Below are positions 1 through 11,183 of a stretch of 64,000 nucleotides of DNA, piece by piece; the stretch's first letter is position 1, and every line of letters begins with the position of its first letter. Under the pieces are notes generated by a model, which made no database searches, was not told the DNA's origin, and saw only the letters and a list, made by a program, of their open reading frames with translations. The stretch spans positions 248,001 through 312,000 of the forward strand of contig NW_027191454.1 in NCBI RefSeq assembly GCF_011745625.1, read 5' to 3'. Both the position numbers and the translations under genes were made by a program. The stretch is from Cladosporium halotolerans. Its lineage: Eukaryota.

Positions 1-1799
1 TCAAGGCTGATGCGCTGGATGCTGTTGGTGGGCACAAAGGACGGTAGGAGACAACGCGCCGTTTGTGTGACCGATCAAACATACTGATGCATGCTAGCTC
101 CGACCAACTAGTTCTTCAAGATGATCCGAATTTTCTGCCTGAGCTCGATCTGCTTCCTATGGACCTTGATACCGCTACTGCAATTGTCAACTTAGACCTG
201 CGGCGTTCCTCCGACCTCTTGACTCCGCAAGGCTCTCAAGAGAAAGAATCGCTCCTGCAATACTCTGGCGGTGCTTTGATGGCGCCTCTATCGGTCAGCT
301 CCTCCTTAGGTGGCCCCATAGGTGGCACTGGGTACGTGCGCGGTGACCAAGGTCCGGGCACTCCAGTAGGAGGCGGATTTCTTCATCGAGATGAGCCGCA
401 AGGGTTATTAGAAGACGACCTTGGCATCCAAATTGATGCAGACGGCAACTTCTTTCTAGATGAGGAGCTATCGACGGTAGCTGCACGCCAGCCACACGAA
501 TCAGTCACAGGCAGAGCGGACCACGCAGAGCTCCCAAGCGAGGCGGCGAGCGCGCGTGTGAGGCGTGAGCATGGTGAAGGTCAAAAGCCAACGACTTTCG
601 CCGAACACGAGGACGATGGCTTCGTCCCTGCCTTAGATGACGGGTACATCGACGCACAAGCGGACGCCTTCTCGGCACGCCAGGAGAAAGAAGATGAAAC
701 GGAGCACTTGATCGCATCAGAGAGTGCCGAGGCAGAACAGCGTCGCCGCTATCGTGGTCCGAAGACCATTCCCCTCGACACAAGCATCGAGCTTCATAAC
801 CACGAAATCTCCGCGTGGAACCAGGAGTACAGAGCAAACATGAACGAAGCTCTTCGTCACAAGCATGCGCATCGTTTGGTAACTCTTGCCAGAAAGAACG
901 CCGAACACTGGATGCTAGGGCCAAGCGAGGAGGAGCTCATGCAAGGCAATCGTGGTCCACTTACCATGTTCACTGGTATCAAGCTACTCGAAGCTATGAG
1001 CGGCCTCAAGCTCTCGCCCGGCAGTGGAAAGCGCGCCAGAGATGACGAGCCAGGCTCTGATGACAATCGCCGTGTGCGTTCTCGCGCGGAGCCATCTTCG
1101 GATGAGGCTGGACGTGGCTTCGCTCTCGCCGATGACGGCTTCATGCCAATGGCCGATGACTACACCATCGAGCAGGGCAGAGACCAACCTACGCCGCTTG
1201 ACGATCGCAACATGACCAGTATCTTCCCCTGGAACCAAAGCACTGGCTCTCACCGCCCAACCGGTATCTTTAGTGCTGGCCGCAGATCTGCCGTCGGCGG
1301 CTTTCCTCTCCCATCTCATAGCCGTCGTGGAAGCCGTCTTGCGACAGCCTCTCCGCTCATTGGCCGTGGATTCCCTGTCGGTCACGAAGATGACGACCTG
1401 CAAATTGTCGGTTTCGATATGGATGTCGATGCAAAGGCAGGAGACGAGTTCGAGCTTTTTGGTCCAGCCGCGAAAGTGGACACCCAAACCGCAGCAGAAT
1501 CGCAGTGGGTGCGTGCGGCTCTGGACGGAGAAAGTGCCAACTTCCTCGAATTTGTCAAAGCCGGCATTGAGGAGCTCGACCTGCAGCGCGAGACTGTTCC
1601 GCTAGGCGACGAGGAAGACGAAATATTGCATGGATCGATCGAGTTCAAGCAGCTGCTCCCTCCATCTGAGAATAGCCGGGTGGTCGCCGCACAAGGCTTA
1701 CTGCATGTTTTAGCGCTGGTGACGAAGAATGCAGTGAGTGCCGAGCAGAAAGAGCTTTTCGGGCCTATCGGCTTGAGAGTTCTGGAGATTGAAGCGTAG
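1..1799 (+). CDS. REC8: Meiotic cohesin kleisin subunit Rec8 (Rad21/Rec8 family), 5' end outside window
   Basis: Intron 44-97 (GTAGGA...CTGAT...TAG) joins KADALDAVGGHKGR to SDQLVLQDDPNFLPE. Long acidic disordered middle with separase-like ExxR sites (DEAGR, IEQGR). C-terminal winged-helix motif IEFKQLLPPSENSRVVAAQGLLHVLALVTK...EQKELFGPI is typical of fungal Rec8. Stop TAG at 1797-1799. Confidence 0.85.
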
Positions 1800-2090
1800 G
1801 CCTGGTGCTTTGATTTGCTTTGGTCATTTGCTCCTCTGGAGCAAGCTGCTTTGGATCGCTGAATGCTGGATTCTTTTTTGCTCACTTTTTCTATTATGCA
1901 GAATACCCCTTCAACTGCCAATAATTCATTAATCGCTACTTTGGACAATGTACCGATGAGAGATATCTTCCTATCGCCCTGAATCCTCTGACTTCAGTGG
2001 ACTCTTCATGCTCCCCAGGGTTTCCGATTTCGCCGTCTGCTGTTAATACATGACTAAGAGCATCCCGAACTGCCATTCGAGACTCGCTGT

Positions 2091-3377
2091 TCATGGTCTA
2101 TTGACCAGCCTGACAGCCGCCATGGCGTCCAGCATCGCCATTTGGCTGTGACTCGTAGGACACTCGAACGGGCCCTTCCACCAGGGTCCATACTGCCCAT
2201 TGCCGTTGGTGTTACGCTCTTGCAGAGAATGATAATTGATATTGACGAAGGTCTTGATCCAGCGAGCCTCTTGATGCGCAGCTTCATCAGGAGGATTCAG
2301 CCGGGTGATAGTCTCGTACAGAGTGCCCATGTGTCGCATGAAAACGCTCTTGAACCCTATGCAGTCGTTGTTCTCCATTGGATTGTTTTGGCCTTTTCTC
2401 CACTGACCACATTCAGTGAGCACACCGTCTTCTTCAACCCAGCCGAGATTCTTGAGGCCCTTGTGCGCCATGTGAATTGCAAGCTTGAGGTACTCCATCT
2501 GCCCAGTGACCTCGTACAAGCCTGCGCAAGCAGAAATGGTGGTGCCAGTCAGATAGGAGAAAGTCCAGTCTCTCTTCTCACCCCTTTTCAGCAGTATATT
2601 GTCCGTCACCAAGCCCTCCTTGGGCTTGTACATGACCCTCAAGATCCAGCCCAAAGAGCACCTCGCAGCCTCAAGGTATTCCTCGAAACTTCCTCCATGG
2701 CCACCATCTGCACCTAATCCCATAGCATCCATCATCTTACCCAACCTGGGGTGCTTTTGATGAAGTCCATGTCCGCCACCGCCACCTTGGTGGTGCGGTT
2801 GCTGTCGTTCAATCAAAGCCAACCGTGCCGATAATTCCACATACAATCCAGTCGTAATACTGTTCACCTGCCAGTCGCCCTCTCTCGTTGTCCAAAAGAG
2901 CGCACCCTCCATATCCCACTCGCGAAACTGATACTGGCCTTTCTTAATCACACACCCTCTCCTCCGCATATACTCCCAGATCCCCACCGCCTTCTCCAAA
3001 AACCATCCATCACCCCCCAAAGCATACAAATCAAGGCACAGCACGCCCCACCAAAGCGTATCGTCGTTAAACTCATTAATGAATCCACGCCGGTGGCTTT
3101 CGCAGTTCTTGACGGCCTGTGCCAGCCGCGGGTAATTGTGCGTGCTGCGGTGCGACCACAGGTCATGAAGAGCCATGGCTGTGTACCCGTTCGCCGTCTG
3201 CCACCAGCCGATGCCGCCCATCTCGCCGTTGGGCTGCTGGGAGCACATGTACATGTCAATTGCCCGCTGTGTGACTTGAGGCATGTCCTGCGGTACGGGA
3301 CGGTCGCGGTCGGCCCAGAGAGGAGGCTGGTGATTGCCGTTGAGGGCGGCTTTGAAGGCGTGGTCAAACTCGGACAT
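2091..3377 (-). CDS. Glycoside hydrolase family 76 (alpha-1,6-mannanase-like), no signal peptide or GPI signal
   Basis: Intronless 428-aa ORF with WWQTAN, catalytic NEFNDDTLWWG, NSITTGLY, WTFSYLTG, GFKSVFMRHM and QYGPWWKGP motifs characteristic of the GH76 (alpha/alpha)6 barrel. Confidence 0.85.
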   Translation of the reverse strand: MSEFDHAFKAALNGNHQPPLWADRDRPVPQDMPQVTQRAIDMYMCSQQPNGEMGGIGWWQTANGYTAMALHDLWSHRSTHNYPRLAQAVKNCESHRRGFINEFNDDTLWWGVLCLDLYALGGDGWFLEKAVGIWEYMRRRGCVIKKGQYQFREWDMEGALFWTTREGDWQVNSITTGLYVELSARLALIERQQPHHQGGGGGHGLHQKHPRLGKMMDAMGLGADGGHGGSFEEYLEAARCSLGWILRVMYKPKEGLVTDNILLKRGEKRDWTFSYLTGTTISACAGLYEVTGQMEYLKLAIHMAHKGLKNLGWVEEDGVLTECGQWRKGQNNPMENNDCIGFKSVFMRHMGTLYETITRLNPPDEAAHQEARWIKTFVNINYHSLQERNTNGNGQYGPWWKGPFECPTSHSQMAMLDAMAAVRLVNRP

Positions 3378-3789
3378 CGTCTGCTTGTTTATCTGGTTAT
3401 GAGAATGTATGCCGAATGATAGACGTATTATATTCAGGATGTGCCGTAGCGATTGAGTGTGAGCGGCAAAAACGAGAGCGAGACGGCGACGACAATTTGA
3501 TAATTACTTATAAAATCATACGAATACTTGGACCAAAGGCGGAGATGTCTTGACCGCGAAATACTGGGCCACGGTCTTAGTGTTGACGAAGCAGACGTCA
3601 CTTCTGGTGGACCCTGATGTTTGCTTGGAGCCGATCAGCTTCACATGTCATCAGCCCTACGAGCCGACTTCTCTCCTTCGCAAGACAACCAGGCTTGTCC
3701 TGATACCTCACAGCTCGTACCCGGCATTATGATACCACCAGTTGCGGAAGACGGGTGAAAGGGCAAAAGAATCTCCCCGTCGGAACATC

Positions 3790-4465
3790 ATGGCGGACTG
3801 GATACAGCAGTACACCGCCGCCCTCGAGGAGCGGGACGCGCGAGAACAGGCGCACAAGCCGTACATCGACGCTTGTACGTACCATGCAATAGTCTTGTAG
3901 ATATGCTCATGCTAAACCACTTCGCATAGATACTGCTCTCGCCGACCGCCAAGCACAGCTCTCCGCCCCTCCGCCCGCCTCGGCACCTGCATCACCCAAC
4001 CCCCAGGCCCAGCTCTCGTCCTCACGAGAAAGCAGCCGCGCGCCAAACAAACCGTCCGACCCATCCACCGCCGCCGCCACTTCTGACCTCCTCAGCACCC
4101 TCCGAGCAGACCTCACCTCGACCCAAAAAGCGCGCCTAGCGCTGCAAAACCAGCTCGCAGACCTAACCGCGCAGCTCAGCGCGCTCACCCTGTCGCAGCG
4201 GACGTCTGCGGCACAAATCGCGGCGCTGACAAAAGGCAAGCTGGAAGCCGAGCGCAAGCTGCGCGACCGCGACGAGGAGCTGCGCGGCAAGAACAAGATG
4301 GTCGAGCAGGCGCAGGACGAGATGGTCGCGCAGGGGTTGCAGATGAACCTCGCGGAGCAGAGGAGCGAGAGGCTGGAGAGGGAGAATCGCGAGCTGGTGG
4401 AGAGGTGGATGAAGAGGATGGGGGAGGAGGCGGAGAGGGTGAATCGCGATTCGAGGTGGGAGTGA
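3790..4465 (+). CDS. ATG16: Autophagy protein Atg16
   Basis: Not in the ORF track. Exon 1 3790-3874 (MADWIQQYTAALEERDAREQAHKPYIDA), intron 3875-3929 (GTACGT...GCTAAAC...TAG), exon 2 coiled coil ending LRDRDEELRGKNKMVEQAQDEMVAQGLQMNLAEQRSERLERENRELVERWMKRMGEEAERVNRDSRWE*, the fungal Atg16 signature. Confidence 0.9.
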
Positions 4466-6295
4466 TGAGGGGATGGATTTCGCATATGGAGAAGAGATGC
4501 GAGAGCGCTGGCGGATTGGGAAAGCTGACGAGGGGCCTTGCGATGGTTGCAGCATACCTAACACAGTGGAACTCTGAGACGACGCGGCCTCTGCTGTCAC
4601 TGCGAACGAATACTGATTCTTGCATTGCTAGGCGACACACGGGCTTTGAGCTTCATAAGGTGGTTGCTTTCCCTCCAAGTCGCCATGCATTTCTTGCCGT
4701 AAGCCGGCTTTATGCGACTTTATGCAGTGGTGAGCTTGAGCGTCGCAGGTCTTTGAGCCCCGGAAGGATCAGGCTCTTGCAACCTCGACGATCTCAGGAA
4801 ACGTGTGGGCACCCGATGTACCCTATAAGCATGACAAAATATCGTCTGGTAGCTTTGCGCTTACGCCGAGTCCTCGGAACATACCCGGTGAGCATTTGCT
4901 CCCCGTCAACTACGAGACAGCGCAATCATGTCAAGACCTGCGCCTTGTGGCGGCGCGCCGAGTAACCGCAATCCGCCTGATATACTTGCAAAAACGGAAA
5001 GCGAGGAGCACTTGGTCTCAATTTCAGCTCCACCTTCGCCCACGGAGCTGAGGCCGGGAGACCAATTCGCAACTAAAGGAACATCTGAAGTGCGCGCGCT
5101 ATCAACCGCCGATCTCTCCGGGATGCCACGTCCGTGGGCAGGGTCGCAGCGCCGCACATGGTCTCCGCATTTAGTGGCGCGTCAATTCGGTGGCTCTGAG
5201 TGGAGGTTTGAGGGCTCAGTGTAGCACTGCAGTGTTGGAGCTTGCGAGTACGTTACTGAATGTTCCTCCAATGGCGGGGGCTGACTACCCTTGCGAGAAT
5301 GCGGAGTTCCTTGGCTGCCCTACACAAACCTGACGGGTATCACGCGTGTTGGTAGGAGCTCGCCTCTCGCTCTGGAAACATCAGTGGGTTGATGACAACA
5401 TGATGCGTCGTGCTTTGGCGTGATTCGTCTGGTGCACTAAAGATGCTCACTTCTTGCTGCCAGTCTGGGCATTCACTTCGGACAATCCAAGGTCGAGCTT
5501 CACTCCGTTAAGCTCACAGTAACCGAAGTCAAATAAGGACAAGCGAAAAGCCAAGCTGCAAGCCACGGCTTGCCGTTATCCGGAGTGAAGTGAATCCACT
5601 CGATGTGCTGCAAGGAAGACGTAGAAAAATGCAGACTTGCATCCGGAAAGACACTTTTGAAAATCTAGGGAGTGTACGGAGAACGTCGAGATAGCGTCTC
5701 AAAGGTGTCCATGCACCTGCAGGAACCCCATGGGCCGCTAGAACCCCAAGAGATGGTGGGAGGCGGAGAGGTGGAGATGCCGGCGATTAGGGTGAGCACC
5801 GCGCCGCTGACGACAGAAGCCATGAGTGGAGTGTCATCCCAATCGAAGGGTTTCGTTTTGACTGTACAAGCGGTCGAAGAAGAAGAGGCCTCACCGCGGT
5901 GGCCCTTGCATTCCGGCTGGCACATGGCTCTCGCATGACACAGTGGGATTGATGATTGGCCGGCTACCTGGACAACGGCGGTCGCCTGCAGGCATGTGCA
6001 TCCCCAGGCCGTACGTGTCCACGTACCCGATGTACTTCATTGCATATGTTGCTCCCGGTAGGGTCTGCTGAACCGGCGTTACGAGCCTGCGGCATAAGGA
6101 CGTCGCGTGACGCTCCCACCACCGCAGCTCCTTCCCGAGCACCTGCCCGCGAAACATAAAACCTTCGGCGCGCACGCGACCCGTGACAACACCTCGATCT
6201 TCCGCTGTTGCGTTACACACAAGCATCGAACAACGACCTCGACCCACCTCTGACCTACGCTGGGTACTCATTACACCAACACACACTCGCCCGCC

Positions 6296-8127
6296 ATGGT
6301 GAAGCAATTTGGCAACGTCTATTTCATATCCGCCATCGCCATCATTGGCGGTGGCCTCTTTGGCTTCGACATCAGCTCCATGAGCGCGATGTAATTCGAA
6401 CCCTTTGAACCCTTTCGTACTCACAGTTGCAAACACAAGCTCACGCGTTGTTAGTATCGCCACTCCCAACTACCTCAACTACTTCAACCAGGGTCCCATT
6501 CCTGGCCGCGGCCCACGCTCCGATGTTCAGGGCGGCATTACTGCCTCAATGGCTGGGGGCTCCTGGCTCGGTGCACTTTGCTCGGGATTCATTTCTGACA
6601 GGTTTGGGCGCAAGAGTGCTATTATGATCGGCTCTGTCATCTGGATCATTGGCTCTATCATTATCTCTGCTTCTCAGAATATCGCTATGCTCATCGTGGG
6701 TCGCATCATCAACGGCTTCTGCGTTGGCATCTGTTCTGCTCAGGTTCCGGTCTACATCTCTGAGATCGCCCCGCCGTCCAAACGCGGTCGCCTTGTTGGC
6801 ATGCAGCAGTGGGCTATTACCTGGGGCATTATGATAATGTTCTACATCTCCTACGGCTGCTCCTTCATCAAAGGCACGGCCTCCTTCCGCGTCCCTTGGG
6901 CACTGCAGATGATCCCAGCTATCATTCTATTCATCGGCATGATGTTCCTCCCAGAATCTCCTCGCTGGCTTGCCACGAAGGATCGCTGGGAAGATTGCGA
7001 GCGCGTCCTTGTCCTTACTCACGGCAAAGGTGACCCTCACAGCCCATGGGTCGCTCGAGAGTACAATGAAATCAAGCAGTGGCTTGAAATTGAGCGCCAG
7101 GCCAAACACATAAGCTACCTCGAACTCCTCAAGCCCCGCTACATCAACCGCAGTACGTATTTATAGGATTTGGCGTACCAGAACGAAGCTGATTACGTTT
7201 ACAGCGCACATTGGACTCTTCACCCAGATTTGGTCGCAACTCACTGGTATGAATGTCATGATGTACTACATTACCTATGTCTTCGCAATGGCAGGCTTAA
7301 CGGGCGACCAACTCCTCATTTCATCCTCTATTCAATACGTCATCAACGTGGTCATGACCGTGCCTGCTCTGATCTGGGTTGATCGCATCGGCCGTCGCCC
7401 TACACTCATGGTCGGATCCATTCTCATGATGACTTGGCTTTTCGCCAACGCTGGCATCCTCGCTGTCTACGGCACATATCCTGGTCCTGATGGTGTTGGC
7501 GGCATCAAAGAGGCATCGACCGAAGTCTCAGGCGCTGCTTCTAAAGCGGTCATTGCTTGTTCCTATCTGTTCGTTGCCTCATTCGCGCCCACGTGGGGAC
7601 CGGGTACGTTGACACCCCCATCAAATGCAATCGATGAGCTCGCTAACGTCAAACTTAGTCTCCTGGATCTACCCGCCTGAGCTGTTCCCAAATCACCTTC
7701 GCGGCAAGGCCGTCGCGCTCGCCACATCCGGCAACTGGGCCTTCAAGTGAGTTCGCCATACCCACCGCCATCCTTACGTCACTAACACCTTACTCCCAGC
7801 TTCGCCCTTGGCTACTTCGTCCCGCCCGCCTTCGTGAGCATCAGATGGAAGACCTACATCATCTTCGGCGTCTTCTGCGCCGCCATGACCATCCACGTTT
7901 TTTTCATGTTCCCCGAGACGGCCGGCAAGCCGCTGGAGGAGGTCAACGAGATGTTCGAGGACCCCAACGGTATCCGGTACATCGGCACCCCGGCCTGGAA
8001 GACCAAGAACTTCACCAGCCAGGTCGCGCGCATGGAGGATAACAAGGATATCCCGGAGAAGAGGAGCGACGAGTTCTCGCCCGTCCGCCACGAGAGCGTT
8101 GCTACGGAGCCGAAGAGCCAGGTTTGA
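6296..8127 (+). CDS. MFS sugar porter, high-affinity glucose transporter (HGT1-like)
   Basis: Exons 6296-6390, 6455-7152, 7205-7603, 7659-7746, 7800-8127 with canonical introns. Motifs GGGLFGFDISSMSA, SDRFGRK, PESPRWL, QLTGMNVMMYY, DRIGRR, WGPVSWIYPPE and PETAGKPLEE. Confidence 0.92.
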
Positions 8128-8765
8128 GTGAGGCTGGCCTTCATATTCAGTGCACAGGGAGTTTGCTTGCGGATTACACTCGCGCAATTGGCATCAATGA
8201 AGAAAGAAAAAAAAAACACTACGGAGTGAGATCGTGTGCGGCGCACTGCAAATGCACGGGTCGATGTGAAAGATGCTGCGGCCCAGGCTGCTACAGCTTG
8301 CCTACCGACCATTAACGAAAACGATAAGTGACGATTGACTTCTTGCATTGAGTACTTCATGTGACTGCGCTCGTAAAGCGCAAGACACTAGCACTTGAAT
8401 CCCTTTTCAAGCCTCACTTCTCTTCTCACTTCTCATGCGGTCTCGATGGTGATTTGTCAAAGTGATACGTGACATCTGTTTTCCAAATACAGCTGTTTCC
8501 ATACTTCATTTGTTACACTTCTTGTATGCGAACACTGGCTCTTCCGTCAAGATCTTTAGGACGGTGATGAACTGGAATTATGAACGTCATCATTGGCATG
8601 ATCTTCATTGAAGACCTTGTATTCCGCGTTTTGCTCATGAGCACATACAGAACGCCACCTCCCTCCCGCAAACCAGAACGAGAAAGCATAAAGTATGTAC
8701 TCATACACTTGCGTAACCACAATGAAGCAACACCCTCTTCGCTGCGAAAAGAAAGCGCTCACCGT

Positions 8766-10508
8766 CTACTGCACCTTCGAAATCTTACAACTCCACCCAC
8801 TCTCCTGGCTCAGCAGCGGCAGACTCGCGCCCAAACACCAACCCAGCTCATTCCCCTTAATCTTCTTCGCGATCTTCACCTCGCGATCAATCGGCATCTC
8901 GTAACCCGTGTGCAGCAGCGCCAGCATGAAGTTCAGATCCAAACAAGTATCGGGACGGTCGTTCAGCTCCTCCATCGCGCCAGGCACGCTCTCGAACACC
9001 TTCCAAGCGTCGCCGCCGGCGCAGACGCGTGAGGTCAGGGCGTGCAGCTCGCGTAGCGTGAAGGACTCCGGCATGCCGAGGGGCTGCGTGCGGTCGTAGA
9101 AGTAGGAGAAGAGGTAGACGTCCTCGCGCGCGAAGGTCTTCTCCAGGCTGGGCTGGTGGACGCCGTTGAAAGCGCAGGGCGCGATCTTGCACTCGGACTC
9201 CTTCTTGAGCGTCTTCTCCGCAAGCGCGCGGCAGTTGGCGGGCGCGGCGGCGGAGGTGGTCGAGGGCCCGGTCATGTTGACGGTCACTTGCTTGCCGAGC
9301 GGGTGGTTGTCGCTCAGCGGGACGTCGACCTGCTTGCTGCTGCCCGGGGCGAGGCAGGGGTTGGAGATGGGCTTGGTGAGCCAGGCTTTGCTCGTCGGGT
9401 TGTTCTCGTACATGCCTTCGACGACGACGCGGTGAAGATTGTTGCGGGCCTCCATGAGACCATAGCCGAGGTAGGAGTGCTGGTAGAGAGTGAAGTCGCG
9501 GCCGCCGAAGGAGAGGGCGTATTTGTGGTCGCCCTCGGCCATCTGCTCTGGGAGACCGCCGTCCTTCGCTTCGGGGAAGGTGGGCTGGAAGACGATCTGC
9601 GTGCTGCCGCCACCGAGGTCGAAGACGGCGGCAGTGGGAGTCTTGTCCGGGCCGCCGATCTTGCCGAGCAGGTAGTTGGTCGTGATCCAGGCGTAGACGC
9701 CCTCGTCCTTGCCGTCCATGACTTCCACGCCGCCCTTCTCGTCGCTGACGAGCGGGAACGGGTACTCGGTCTCCAGCCTGTGCCTGACAGCCTTCAGAAT
9801 GGCGTCGCTCATCTCAGGGCCCAGTTTCCTCAGACCAGCCGTGGCCTTGACAGCAATCGGCGTGCATCCCTTGAGCTTATCCGGCACCTTCTCCATCGCC
9901 ACCTCCAAAAGTACGTCCAGACTCTTCGCTGCGCCCTCCGCATCGCTTCCGTAGCTGCTCAAGCCGCTTCCACCATCCTTCTTCGCCGTCATCTTGAAAT
10001 CCTCATTCTCCAGCTCCGGCGTCGGCCCGCAGTTGTTAAAGCGGTACACGTGGATCCTGCTCCCCGTGCTGCCCGCATCAACCATAAGCGCATACTGAAT
10101 CAGCGGCTTGTTCTTGTCGTAGCTGCGCGTGCACTTCTGCGTGCCCGTGCTCGCATCGCTGGCAACATCGCCCCCTACGTTGGGCACCGCAGGCGTGTAT
10201 CCCACATTGTTGCCGCCGCTGCCAGGCGCGATGTAGAACAGCACGAGAAGGACGAAGGCGACGACGCCCGCCGTCTTCAGGTACCGCGAGCGCTGCCCCT
10301 GATTCATCCAGGCGTTCCTCACTTTCTCGCTCATGGGCTCGGGCCGGGCGGGCTTGTCTTTGAGGGAAGACGGCGAAGGCGAGCCGGGCGCGAGGGTGGT
10401 TTCGCGCTTGGGGAGGACGGCGGAGCTACTACGGCGGCGCGGCGAGGAGAAGGAGACGTAGGACCAGACGGAGGGCCGGTGCTGGACGTCGGAGGAGCCG
10501 GTGGACAT
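8766..10508 (-). CDS. GDA1: Golgi guanosine diphosphatase (GDA1/CD39 NTPDase)
   Basis: Apyrase conserved regions DAGSTGSR, KATAGLR, MDGKDEGVYAW, DLGGGSTQ and GWCLG; type II TM segment (TAGVVAFVLLVLFYI). First ATG at 10508; the upstream part of the track ORF starts at a non-ATG codon. Confidence 0.92.
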   Translation of the reverse strand: MSTGSSDVQHRPSVWSYVSFSSPRRRSSSAVLPKRETTLAPGSPSPSSLKDKPARPEPMSEKVRNAWMNQGQRSRYLKTAGVVAFVLLVLFYIAPGSGGNNVGYTPAVPNVGGDVASDASTGTQKCTRSYDKNKPLIQYALMVDAGSTGSRIHVYRFNNCGPTPELENEDFKMTAKKDGGSGLSSYGSDAEGAAKSLDVLLEVAMEKVPDKLKGCTPIAVKATAGLRKLGPEMSDAILKAVRHRLETEYPFPLVSDEKGGVEVMDGKDEGVYAWITTNYLLGKIGGPDKTPTAAVFDLGGGSTQIVFQPTFPEAKDGGLPEQMAEGDHKYALSFGGRDFTLYQHSYLGYGLMEARNNLHRVVVEGMYENNPTSKAWLTKPISNPCLAPGSSKQVDVPLSDNHPLGKQVTVNMTGPSTTSAAAPANCRALAEKTLKKESECKIAPCAFNGVHQPSLEKTFAREDVYLFSYFYDRTQPLGMPESFTLRELHALTSRVCAGGDAWKVFESVPGAMEELNDRPDTCLDLNFMLALLHTGYEMPIDREVKIAKKIKGNELGWCLGASLPLLSQESGWSCKISKVQ

Positions 10509-10779
10509 ATACCTGGGTACCCGACTTGGAGTGTAGTGTACACCCTGGCTTCTTTCGAGTGGTGCACGTGTGCACGCAGTGCCGTTGTAGCTGTGAAGGC
10601 TCTTGTGCCAAGAGAAAGGAGAGACTCGAAAAGAAGCGAAAGGGCGCGCTGGATGTTGTTGTCGGGATAAGATTCGGGGCTGGACTTCAAATTGTTCGTC
10701 GGGATTGGGTACGAGGCTACATCTTTCCCCAAGCGATCGGCCCCTTCCCAATGGACCCTGGGCCGCGCAGCCCTGCGCT

Positions 10780-10810
10780 TACGCCACGCCGCGCCACGCC
10801 ACGCCACGCC
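10780..10810. repeat. (GCCAC)n pentanucleotide microsatellite, about 6 imperfect copies, upstream of GDA1
   Basis: acgccacgccgcgccacgccacgccacgcc seen directly. Confidence 0.75.
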
Positions 10811-11183
10811 TACCTTACCTTATACCATGCAGGAGATTTTTATGTCATGAGGTACCTTACCTTTTCTTGTCCCGTGCATAATTATAGTAAAATTTGAGAA
10901 AGTCGAAGGCTGAAGCCTGGTGAGAACTCATTGTATGCAATTATCGGTATTACGTTCAATGCTTCGTAGAGTGAGGTCTATATACACAGGAGTAAGTGTA
11001 GCTACGCTGAACGCCGTCCATCAAATCCATAATAGGGGGGAATCAATTCTCAAGATCTTAGTGTGCGACAAGCAAAAGCATCGATGCCATGAGCGAGTCT
11101 TCCCGTGTCAACGCCTGCGCCATGAAACCGATCCAACACCATGTAAAATGCCTCCTCCTTCCCAGACCATCAATTGCAGCCTC

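Noticed and set aside
9156..10670. Long antisense ORFs (504 aa opposite GDA1, 604 aa opposite AACS, 349 aa opposite LCB2 and others)
   Set aside because: These are shadow ORFs produced by high third-position GC codon bias on the real strand; no recognisable motifs.
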